This document shows positions 1-11,200 of a stretch of DNA of 64,000 nt, one piece after another. The notes beneath the pieces are model-generated. The model ran no database searches. It saw only the letters and a program-made list of their open reading frames with translations, and was not told the DNA's origin. The position numbers were made by a program, and so were the translations under genes. The DNA comes from Rebecca billardiae RCC1528 (lineage: Eukaryota; Protista; Haptophyta): positions 1,116,001 to 1,180,000 of the forward strand of contig OZ251237.1 of NCBI GenBank assembly GCA_965240325.2, given 5' to 3'. The stretch's first letter is position 1. Every line of letters starts with the position of its first letter.

Positions 1-1277
1 TCGGTGAACGAGTCTCTCTTCGACCCGGCCACGTTCGCTGCGACACGCCGCGCGCGCGACGAGGCGCGCACGCTGCCGTCAGGCTGCTACACGTCCCCTG
101 CGTGGTTCGCGAAGGAGACCGAGTCCATCTTCGCGCGCGGGTGGATGCTCATCGGCCGAGGCGACGAGATTGCCCAACCGGGTGCGTACCTCGCCCTCGA
201 CCTGCCGGGCGTTGGCCCTGTCTTCGTAACGCGCGCCAAGGACGGCAGCGTGCGCGGCTTTGCAAACGTGTGCCGGCATCGCGGCGCCAGGATGCTCGAG
301 GAAGGCCGTGGCGTGCTCAAAGCGGGAGTGGTCGTCTGCCCGGTACGCCGGTCCTTCCGCGCGAGCTTCCGCGCGAGCCATCGCCCTTCTCCTGCGCGCA
401 CCTCTGACACGGCGCCCCACCCCTCGCCGCGCAGTACCACGCATGGACGTACGACCTGACCGGCGCGCTGCGCGGGGCGCCCAAGATGGGCCGCCCAGCC
501 GCCGGCGCGGGCGGGCCGCACGCGTTCTGCAAGTCGGACTTTGGGCTGCGGCCGCTTCGGGTCGAGACGTGGGGTGGTTTCGTGTTCGTCAACGGTGCTG
601 GCGGTGAGGGGGAGGAGGTCGGCATGCGCCCGCTCGACGAGAGCGTCGGCGACGCGCACAGCTCGCTGCTCCACCGCTGGGCGCTCGACTCACTCGTGAG
701 CGTCGGTCGCGCCGAGTACGACGTGCCATGCAACTGGAAGTTCATCTTCGAGAATACCTCCGAGACGTACCACACGGCGTACGTGCACCGCTCCTCGCTC
801 GGGCCGATGGCGTCGCACCCGGTGGCGGAGGAGCTGGGCCGCCCGCCGCGCGGAGAGTGGAACGCGATCCGCGTGCCCACCGAGCGCAGCGTCGTGCCCC
901 TCCCGGGCGAGGAGGCGCCGTTCCCGGAAGTCGAGTCGGCCACGTACTTTGTCAGCCTGTACTGGTGCGCGACGCAGCTGAACGTGACGCACGACTGCGC
1001 GTGGTGGATGCGCGTGCTGCCCCGCACGGCGGAGAGCACGCGCGTCACGCTCGGCTTCCTCTTCCCGCGCGAGACCGCCGCGGCGCCCGGCTTCGCCGAG
1101 CGGCTGCAGCCGTACCTTCGCCGCTGGGACATCGCCGTGCGCGAGGACAACGACATCTCGCTCAACCAGCAGGCCGGCGTGGGCTCGGCGCTGTACGCGC
1201 CCGGCCCGTATGCGCCGGCGGAGCAGGGCGTGCACGAGCTGCACCGCTGGCTGCTCGACCGGGTGATCGTCGGCTAG
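1..1277 (+). CDS. Rieske non-heme iron oxygenase alpha subunit (choline monooxygenase/CntA-like), probably 5'-truncated by the window edge
   Basis: Exons <1-342 and 435-1277. Removing the GT-AG intron 343-434 restores the Rieske motif NVCRHRG...CP|YHAWTY. The mononuclear Fe motif ENTSETYHTAYVH and a C-terminal EDNDI motif follow. The ORF-track start is a GTG, so the true ATG is probably upstream. Confidence 0.88.
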
Positions 1278-3034
1278 GCGTCGGAATATCATATGACAGC
1301 AATAAATAAGTTCTTCTACACTACTGCTACTACTCTGCGCGCGATACATATCGTCCACTACTGTGAGCAATATCGATCGTCTATACGCAGCAGTAAAAAT
1401 GACGCGCTGCGACGTACGACGCGATGACTACAGAATAGATAGGCAATAATAGCAGATGCCGTGTGACGACGACGCCGATTCGCATATATATATATATCGT
1501 AGTAGCGCAGTAAGCTATAGTCTGCTGCTACTTCAATGGCTCGACATACTAGCTATATATATATATATATACCGATAGCAGCAGATCGAGTTATGATAAC
1601 TATCATCAGTTCAGAAGAGAAATAAGAGTACGCCTGCTGTACGTCCGCCGTATATCGAGCTACAGCCGGCGGCGGCGTATATTGATGCCAGCTGAGCAGA
1701 TGATAATTGAGATCATCAGCACTGGCATCGTCATTATCGTGCCATCAGCATAGAAACCGGGCGTACCGAAAATGATCATCGCATTCCTGCGGCCGAATGA
1801 ACGCCCGAAATGTCCCACAGGGCCCCAAGTGGGGTTGCTATGGATGGCCAATAAGTGCCTAGGGTGTGAAAATCAGTTTGTTGAGTTCAGACTCTATTTG
1901 TCATAATCGCTATTTACCCAGTCCGGTGACCTATTTCCAATAGCTGCGGTGCATCCGGATCGCTCCCGGACCATGTTCTGATCAGAGTCTGAAATGGGTA
2001 TATATATAGTAAAAATAGAGTCTGAACTATAGAGGATGTCGAATAATAATTAAGTGCTTGTTGCACCCCAATATCGCTCTTATAACTCTGAATGAAGTCA
2101 TCATCTACGACTGATCTAGGCATCCATTGAGGTCCTCCTGTGCAGTTTTCACGCGAGTGACTAGTCATGAAGGAGCTCACACTGCCCCGTCTCTGGCAGG
2201 GGTCAACCGTGATGAGCCATCTCGGCGCCGCCGTACTCCGTATTCGGATGACCCAGCAAGTAGTGAGCAAGGTACCCATGTATAGGCACTCACTTATTGA
2301 ATACATATGCTGGCAAAATTAACGGCATTTGATATATATATATATATAGTGGGTAACATGGCGCGTATATGCGGGTACGTTCCCATAATTAAATGGGTAA
2401 TGTGCTCGATCTCGGAGTAGTTTTTCATGGATCGATGTCTACGCGCACAGCATTGTGCCCGATCACTTTTTCGGTATTCTCACCATCAAATCCTTTGGAT
2501 AGAGGGCAGCGCTTGTCAATAAGTAAGTCCGACCGCGTATCGTCATATCTAGCTGCCATGACAAGTTGGTAACATTCGGCTGAATCTCTATGTGACACAG
2601 CGGGCGCCGCTGCGTGCGCGCGCGACCGCGCGACGACGCGCGGAGTCGTCGCGGTTTTTAGTGCTTCTGGCGGCTGGGCTGCTGGGCTTTTGGGACATAT
2701 TTGAGGGTGACTCCGTAAGCGTCAACGCTCATCAGCGGCTCATCTGAGACGCCTACGTACTGCTACATGGGCATGGTTGTCAAATATCACCAATCGGTGG
2801 GCTGCTGGCTTGGACCCCCTAGGCCCTACTACAACCGAAGCCAGAGCCTCGTCGTCGTCGTCGTCTACTCACTAGTCACTAGTCACTACAGTATCATAGT
2901 AGTATTTGAATCATACTGTCAGTCGTAGTGATGTAGTCACTGTCAGTTGTCACCGCCGTCGTCATCGTGATGGCGGTTCGATACCTGACTGACATATATC
3001 GTCTGCTGCGCAATATATCAGCTCATATCACGAT

Positions 3035-6000
3035 TCACGAATCGTTGCTGGCCAGCTGTCGTGCGGGCACGCGTGGTGGCTGGCTCGGCGCGGGCGCGGC
3101 GTTGCAGCCGGCCTCCTGCCGCGAGTCACGCGTGCGCAGCCGCACGGGCATCGTGCTCTGCAGCTCGTCGATGGACTCCCACCGTTGGATTGACGGCTGC
3201 CGCCTCACCTGCACCTCGGGCGGCAGCACGCAGCGCTGATGGCCCACGTACCCGGAGGTGGCGGTGCTCACGCGCGCGGCCGCTGCGGCGACCACGCCCG
3301 GCAGCGGCGGGAGGCGGAAGCCGGCGGACGGCCGCTGCGCGCGAGGGAGCTGCGAGAGCTGCGGCGCCGACGGCAGCGGCAGCTGCGGCCGCGGCGCCGT
3401 CATCTCGGGCGGCAGCGGCGCGACCGGCTCAGGCGACGTGCCCGCCGCCGAGGGCATCATGTCACAGCTGGTGTTGCCGCCCGTCATATCCAGCCAGCTC
3501 ATGCGCGGCCGGCGCACCGACGGGCCGCCGCGGTGGACCGCTCCGGCCGAGCCCGGCGGCACCGCGAGCGCAGGCGAGCCGCTGGCCTCCTCGGCCCTCG
3601 CGGCGTCCGAGCCCGGCAGCGGCAGCCTGCGCGGCGAGGCGTTCGTCGGCGTCCAGTTGGTCGAGCCGATGCACGCGCCGAACACGCCGCTGCCGAACAC
3701 GCCGCTGCCGCGCAGGCTGGCGCTCCCGCGGCTACTGCTGGGCCCGCCGCGCCCTCGCTCGTAAGCGTCGCGCTCGGCCGTCTGCCGCTCGGCGGTGGCG
3801 CGGTTGAACGTGCTGCCGCGCCGCGTGGGGAAGCGAGGGACAAAGCCGGGCGTCATGCCATCCGAGTTGCGTCGGGAGCCCAGCCGCGAGTTTGAGTTGC
3901 GGGCCTCCGAGCCCCCCGAGCGCTCGTCGTCGCTCGGCACGAGCTGGCCGCCGCTCCCCATCAGCCTGGCCAGTGTGAGCAGGCTGCCGCCCGGAGGCGT
4001 GCCGCCCTGCCCGCGGCTCCCGCCGCTCGCGCTGTTTGTGCTGCCGCGGAGCTCGCGCCTGCGCGCGCGCGCGCTCGGCGTAGGCGTGCTGCTGCCGCGC
4101 GAGCGCCGCCCCTCGCCGTCGTCAGACGAGACCGACGCCGCCGACGATCGGCCGACCACCGTGCCGCCCATGCCGGTGATGCGCGCGACGCGCGCGCCGA
4201 TCTGCTGCGGCGCGTTGGCGAGCATCGTCGAGAAGCGCGGGCGTCGGCTCGGCGTCGGCGCGGCAGACGAGCGCGCAGAGCGCCCGCCGCCCTCGTTCGC
4301 CACCGTGTGCGAGAAGGACCAGCGCTGCGCGCGCGTGATCGAGTCCGCCTTGCCCGAGAAGTCGTCCGAGGGGCGCGCGCGCAGCAGCATGAGCGTGTGC
4401 AGGGTGGCCATACCCGGCACCAGCGACAGCAGCAGCGCGGGCACTGTGACCAGCAGCACGATCGCGCCGTCGCCGAGCAGGCGATACGCCAGCAGCAGCT
4501 CGAGCAAAGCGCCGCGCACGCCGCCCGCGAGCCGCGCGCCGAGTGTGGGCACCTTCTGCTCGCGCCGCTCGCGCCGCCTGCGCTCCTTCTCCGCGAGCTC
4601 GAGGGCGACCGCGCGCGCGCTCCGCAGCAGCTGCACCGGGCGCGGCGTGAGCCCGCGCCACGAGTTGAGCACCGAAGGGGCGGTGCTGCCGCTGCGCGCG
4701 CTGCTCGCCTCCGACGGCTCAGACTGGTACGCCGGGCAGCGCGACAGCTGCAGCGTCGGGCAGCTCGGCCGCCGCGCGCCGAGGGGCGGCAGGGCGGTGG
4801 CGCACACCGCGGCCGGGGCGCTCGGGCCATCCGCCGGCGCGGCCGCGGCGGCCGGCGCGGGCGCGGCGGGCGCGGGCGCGGGCGCGGCCGGCGCGATGGG
4901 CGGGGCAACTCGCTTGCTCACGCGGGCGGGCGTGGCCCCGGGAGGCAGCGCGAGCAGCAGGCTCCCTGCGTTGGGCGGCGAGGGCGAGCGCCCGGCGGCA
5001 CCACCGGGCGGCGAGGTCGTGCGGGCAGTCGCCGCGGGGGGCGAAGCAGCGCGGCCGTTGGCGGCCGGACCGCCGGCACCGCCACCGCCGCCGTCGCCGT
5101 CGGCGCCGCCGGGCGGGACGCAGGCGCCGCCGATGGCGAGCCTGATGAAGCGCGGCGGCGTGGGCGCGCGGGACGGCGTGCGCGCGCCCGGCGGCGTGCC
5201 CAGCGCGGGCGTCGGCGGGTGCGCGACGGCCGTCGGGCCGGTGGCCGCGGCCGCGCTCGCCGCCGCGAGCAGCGACGGAGGGGGCGCGGGAGAAGCACCG
5301 AGAGGCGGCGTGCTGATTGAGGGCGGGGTGGAGGGCGCCGACGAGACGACGGACTCCGCCGCGTCCGCCGGCGCGGGCGCGCCCGCCGTCGACACCGCGC
5401 CCAGCCCGAGGGCCTCCGCGGCCCTCGCCAGCCGCGCCGTCCTCCCCGGCCTGGCCTTGACCGTGTGCGCGGCCGCGCGGCCGAGGCCGGGTAGCAGCGA
5501 GCTGAGCGCCGAGCTGCACGCGTGCACGCCCAGATACTTGGCGGTGCCGACGACGGCGAGCTGCGCGAGCGAGAGCGGCTCGGGGCGGGGCGGCGGGCAC
5601 GCGCCCGACCGCTGCCGCGCCTCGAGCGCCTGCACCACCGAGCCGTACAGCGCGTGCGCCCACAGCTCCGCCGCGTGCGCGCCGCCGATCGCGAGCGCGA
5701 CGACGACGAGCCCGAGCGCGCGCGCCGCCGGCTTGGCCGCGGCGGGCGCGCACGCGGCGGCGCCGAGCGCGAGCACGGCGACGGGCGCGCCGAGCAGCAG
5801 CTGCAGCGCGGGCGTGACGACGCCGACGAACTCGAGCGCCACCCACGCGCCGGCGCGCGGCGCGGCGGGCGGCGCGAGCAGCGAGAGGGCGAGGCCGCCG
5901 AAAGCGCACGCGCCGAGCGCGCGCCGGCAAGACGCAACGAGCCGGAGCGCCGAGCGCGCGCCGAGCGCGCTCAGCTCGGCGCGGTGCCAGTGGCGCCAGC

Positions 6001-8237
6001 CGTCGCCCCCGTCGGCGAGGAGCCAGCGCGCGGCGCCCAAGAGGTCATCGCGCACGATCGAGCGCGGCGCGAGGTGCCTCGGGTTGAACACCGACGGCGT
6101 GAGCAGGAAGCTGCCGATCGCCAGCCCGGTCGAGCCCCAGAACACCGGACCGGGTCCGGCGCTCGGCCGCATGAGCAGGCAGAGCGTGAGCATGGCGAGC
6201 ATGTCGGCGGCGGGGCGCATCGTGAGCTGCGCGAACGCGCGGTACAGCGTGGGCAGCGGCTGCCGCGCCACCGCCATCGAGCGCCCCGTCGGGATGTACG
6301 CCGCGCCGCCCGTCGAGATCTCGCCGCGGAATGACTGGCCGGTCACCTGGTTCTGGAAGCCGTAGAAGAGGAGCGAGCACGAGAGCAGCTGCCCGAGCAG
6401 CTGGCCGAGCGCGCGCACGGGGCCGTGCGCGAGCGAGAGCTGCAGCAGCAGCGGCAGCGTCTGCACCGCGAGGAACATCAGCGCGAGCGTGCCGAACTGG
6501 CTGTCGAGCACCGCCGCGACGATCGGCGCGTACTCGCCCCGCCCGGCCGCGCCGGCCGCGCCGGCCGACTCGACGGCGGGCGGCACGTCGCTCGCGCAGA
6601 AGAAGACGAAGAGGAAGATGTACGCCCACAGCATGTACTCGAGCGCGAGCGGCGTGACGTAGTGGCCGACGTGGCCGTAGAAGAAGCCGAGCAGGCGCAG
6701 GAACGGCAGCCGCGTGCCCAGCCGGTAGCTCTGCCGTGTGAGCGTCACCTGCGCCGCGCCGCGCGCGAGCTTGGCGATGAACATGAGATGCGAGACGAAC
6801 GTCATCTCGCGCCCCTTGCCCACCTGCATGTACTCGCGGTGCACGACGGCGCCGCCGCGGAGCATCAGGTCCATCCCGGCGAACACGTCCTCGCTCAGGT
6901 TGAGCCCCTTGGTCGCCTTGGAGACGCCGCCCTGCGCCATCATCGTCATCTTCTCCATGATGTCGGGGTGGCCGTAGTACTGGCGCGAGAGGAGCGGCTT
7001 GTCCATCGTGCGCTGCGTGATCGTGCCGAAGACGAGCTCGGCGGAGCCGGCGAAGTGCGCCACCGCGCCGCCCACGCTCGAGTAGATGTGCTCGCGGAAG
7101 CCGACGATCGCGACGCGCCACGGCGCCGTGCCGCCGCCGCCCGCCGCGACGCCGCCGCCCGCCGGCTGCGCGGCAGAGAACTCTGCGAGCGCGTTGCAGA
7201 TCTTGAGCGCCTCCTCGAGGTAGCCCTCCTGGTTCGAGTCGATCGTCTGGATGAACCGGCCGCGCGCGAAGATCAGCGCGTGGTTCTGGTTGTCCCCCTT
7301 CCCGTCCCCGAGGATCGGGTGGCCGGGCAGCTCGACGCGGTGCCGGGGCTCGCGCCGGCCGTCGGCGCGCAGAGGGCAAGTGCCGTCGACCACACACGAG
7401 AAGAAGCGCCTGCCGTGCGCGGCGCTCTCGTCGGCGACGGTCTCGATGTACGCGATCTTGAGCATCCGCGGGAACTCGTCGAGCAGGATCTCCGACGCCT
7501 CGCGCTCCTCCGGCGTGAAGTCGGCGTACCGCTGCATCGAGACGACGCACGAGAACTTGGCCGCGACCAGCTCCTCAATCTCGGCGGGCGCGAGATCGGG
7601 CCGCTGCACGCAGAGCAGCAGCTCGAGGGCCTTGGCGTAGGCCATCATGCCGCGCACGGTGCGGTACAGCGTCTGCGAGCGCATCGCCGCCCACTTGCGC
7701 AGCGGGATCAGCAGCGCGCTCAGCCCGCGCCCGTCGTCCTCCTCCTCGTCGTCCGAGCCTCCGAGCAGCGGCGGCTCGGGCAGCGACCAGAGATCGGAGT
7801 CGGCGGACGAGCCGGAGCGGTCCGAGTCCCACCGCGCGCGCTCGCCCTCCTCCTCCGAGGCGGAGCCGGCGGAGTCGAGGTCGGTGTCGTCCACCGCCGT
7901 CGCGCCCGGGATGCCCGAGCCCCGACGCCCCTCGCCCCCCGGCGCGCCGCTCGGCGCGCCGCTGCCGCGCCGCCGGCCGATCCGTATCGAGCCGTGTTGG
8001 CTCGCCATTGTGCGCACGGAGCGCAGGCGGCGGCGAGCGAGCTCGGCGAACGAGGCGACGCGCTTGGCGGTGGCGCGGTCGCCGCCGCGCGCGAGGCGCT
8101 CGGTCACGATCGACCACATCAGCCGCCACTGGTGCTCGCCCACGCGGCCGCGCATGTGGTTCAGCTCGAGCGGGAAGTACGACATCAGCATCGCGATCAG
8201 CGGCCCCGTGTGCTTGCCGCCGCGTCCGCCGCCCGGC

Positions 8238-8275
<38 letters not shown>

Positions 8276-11200
8276 CGGTGGCTCGAGCAGCTCTTTCTCC
8301 GAGGTGATGATGGTCTCGCCGTAGTGCGGGATGAGGACGGAGAACGAGGGGAGCGCCTCGACGGGCGCCGGCCGCGGCATGTGCATGCGCAGCGACTGGC
8401 GCAGAAACCGGATCCTCCGGCGCGCCTCCTTTGAGCGCGGCAGCACGGCCGACTCGCGCGCGGCCGCGTCTGCAAAGATGCGTGGGCGCACCAGGTTGGC
8501 CTGCGCGTGCTGCACGCCGGCGTACGAGAGCGCGCGGCGCTCGGAGACGGAGATGATGTCGTTCTCGTGCATGTCCGTGCAGATCGCGTTCCACACGAGC
8601 GCCCACTGCCGCTCCACGCCGTGCGGCAGCGGCACCGCCGGGCCCGAGCGGCCGAACGGCCACGCGCGCGGCGCCGACGCCGCGCCGCCGGTCAGCCGCT
8701 CGCTGCTGCCGCCCGCCGCCGCGGCGGGGTCGGCCCCGAAGCGCGCGTCGCGGAGCTCGGCGGAGTCGCTCGCAAAGATCTGCTCGACGAACGCGGCGGG
8801 GATGTCGCACAGCCGCTTCACCGACGGCGCGTCCTCCTGCGCCTCGTCCTCGTCCTCGCCCGCGCCCGCGCCGCCGCGGCCGCCGCCGACCGCGCCGACC
8901 GCGGCGCTCGCCGTGCGCGCCGCCGCCTTGTGCAACGGCGCGTACGCGGCGTCGTCGGCCTTCGCCTTGAGCCGCGCGAGGCCGTCGACGGTCTGGCTGT
9001 GCCCGCCCGCCTGCGTCTTCCCCGCGAGCAGCAGCAGCCCGCGCCCCGTCCCGTAGATCGCCACGCCGAGCACGTACCAGTAGTACGTGGAGGTGAAGTG
9101 CGCGCCGAGCGTGCAGCCCCAGACGAGGGCGCCGTGGCAGAGGCGCAGCGCGAGCGCTGGCGACGAGCGGAGGTGCCACGCCGTCTCGGGCGTCTCGAGG
9201 AGCGGCCAGAGCGGGTGGATCGCGTCGAGCCGCGCCGACGCCACCGCGCCCGCGTGGATGCTCACCAGCGTCTCCGCGCCCAGCTTCACGCCGAGCACGA
9301 CCGCCCAGAAGGCCAGCATCTGGCGCGCGGTGCTCCGGCCCGCGCGCCGCACGTGCGTGTCAAAATGCGGCATCTTGCGCACCAGGTGGCGCACGCCGAC
9401 GACGGCGCGCGCGCCGACGAGCGCGGAGAGCGCGAGGTACAGCCAGCGCAGGCTCGCGTCCTGCGGCCGCACCACCGCCAGCGCGAACAGCCCGAGCTGC
9501 AGCAGCAGCGGCGCCGACTTCTCCGGCTCGGCGAACGTTCCGAGAAACGTCGCGTGCGGCTTGACGCCGATCTTGGCGAGGTCGCCGCCGAGCTGGACGA
9601 GGGCGGGGAGGAGGAGCGAGGCCTGCAGCGCGAGCTCGGTGTTGGGCCCGCGCGCGCCCACCGTCGCCACGCCCCACTCGCCCGGCAGCGCGTGCAGCGC
9701 GAACAGCGCCGCCGCGAACGTCGCGGCGTGCAGCGCGGCGATGCGTGCGTATGACGTGAAGACGCCGTACCAGGCGAGCCGCTCATAGTGGCGCTTGCAC
9801 CCGGCCATCGAGGCGTGCCAGTCGACGCTGGCGAGCGCGGTCCAGCGCTCGCGCATCGGCAGGTCGAGGATGTGCACGCCGTCCTTCGTCACCACGCGCC
9901 CGATCCGGCCGGGCGTCCAGAACACCTCGTTCCAGTCGTCGTAGTTCTCGCGCGTGCCCGCCTTGCCCGCCGCCTTGGAGCCAGGCTGCTCCTCGGGCCG
10001 GCCGCGCGCGTCGAGGCCCCTGAACGAGCGCGAGAAGATGAACTCGTACAGCGGCCGGACGTAGAGGCGCAGGTACGCGCCCGGCTCGGCGAGCGGCAGC
10101 TTGCCAGGGCCGCCGCCGCTCGACCCGTCGGCGGCGGCGGCGGCTCCGCCGCCGTCGAGGCGCGCCTGCGGCGTGTTTGCGCTCCCGCCGCCGCAGCTGC
10201 CGCCCGTGTGCGAGCGCGGCCCGACGCCGCCGCTCCCGCCGCCGCAGCTGCCGCCCGTGTGCGAGCGCGGCCCGACGCCGCTGTCGTCGTCGACGCCCAC
10301 CCAGTTGAAGCGGTCGCGGTGCTCGGAGGCGGGCGCGGGCTTGTCCGCGGCGTGGTTGCGCGCGCACTCGAAGAAGAAGCACAGCGCCTCCGGGCAGAAG
10401 CGCACGTTGCCCGCCTCGCCCCACAGGCAGAGGTAGAGCGCCATCTCGTGCACGCGCTGCGCGTGCGACGGCTTGCCGTGCATCATGGTGTCCGAGCGGC
10501 CGCGCAGCCGCTCGAAGGAGAGCAGCCCGGAGGCGACCTCGAGCCAGCGCGAGAACGAGGCGAACATGATGCCGTGCAGCTCCGCCGCCGCGGTGATCTC
10601 GTCGCCGCACGCCGCCGTCTGCGCCGCCCAGAGCTGCACGAGGTGAGCGTACTGGGCCTTGACGGACGCGGCCTGGAATCCAAATACGCGCGCGTAGTGC
10701 GCGAACAGCCGCTGGAGCTGCCGCACCGACGCGTCGGAGAGGCGCGTGCGCGGACGGCAGAGGAGGCAGCCGGGGTAGTTGGCCGGCGTGCGCGGCGGCG
10801 CGCCGTCCGCGCGCTCGGTGCCGCCGCGCTGCGCGCCACCGGCCGCGGCGCCGCCGCCGCGCTCGCCGCCCGCGCCTCCGCCCTCGCCGCCCTCGCCGCC
10901 GAGGCATCTTCCGTCGTGCAGCGTGAGCGAGATCGCGGGCGCGACCATCGCGACGGACGATCGTCGGGCCGTCGGCAAGATGGAGAAGCGCCTCCGGCTG
11001 AAACTCGAGCGCCGACGCCCGACGCTCTGCCGTCGAGGCTTCGGCGGCGGCGCGGGCGCGAGCGCTCGGCGCACGGCGCTCCGCGCTCTCCTCCACAGGG
11101 CCGGCACGCAGCAGCCGAGCGCGCACACCGCCACGCCCAAGCCGAGCGCCAGCGCCGACCACGGCGGCGGGCCGATCGCGCGGCAGTGCAGCGCGCCGTC

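Noticed and set aside
2209-2270. Box C-like gtgatga suggesting a C/D snoRNA
   Set aside because: No suitably placed CTGA box D or terminal stem.
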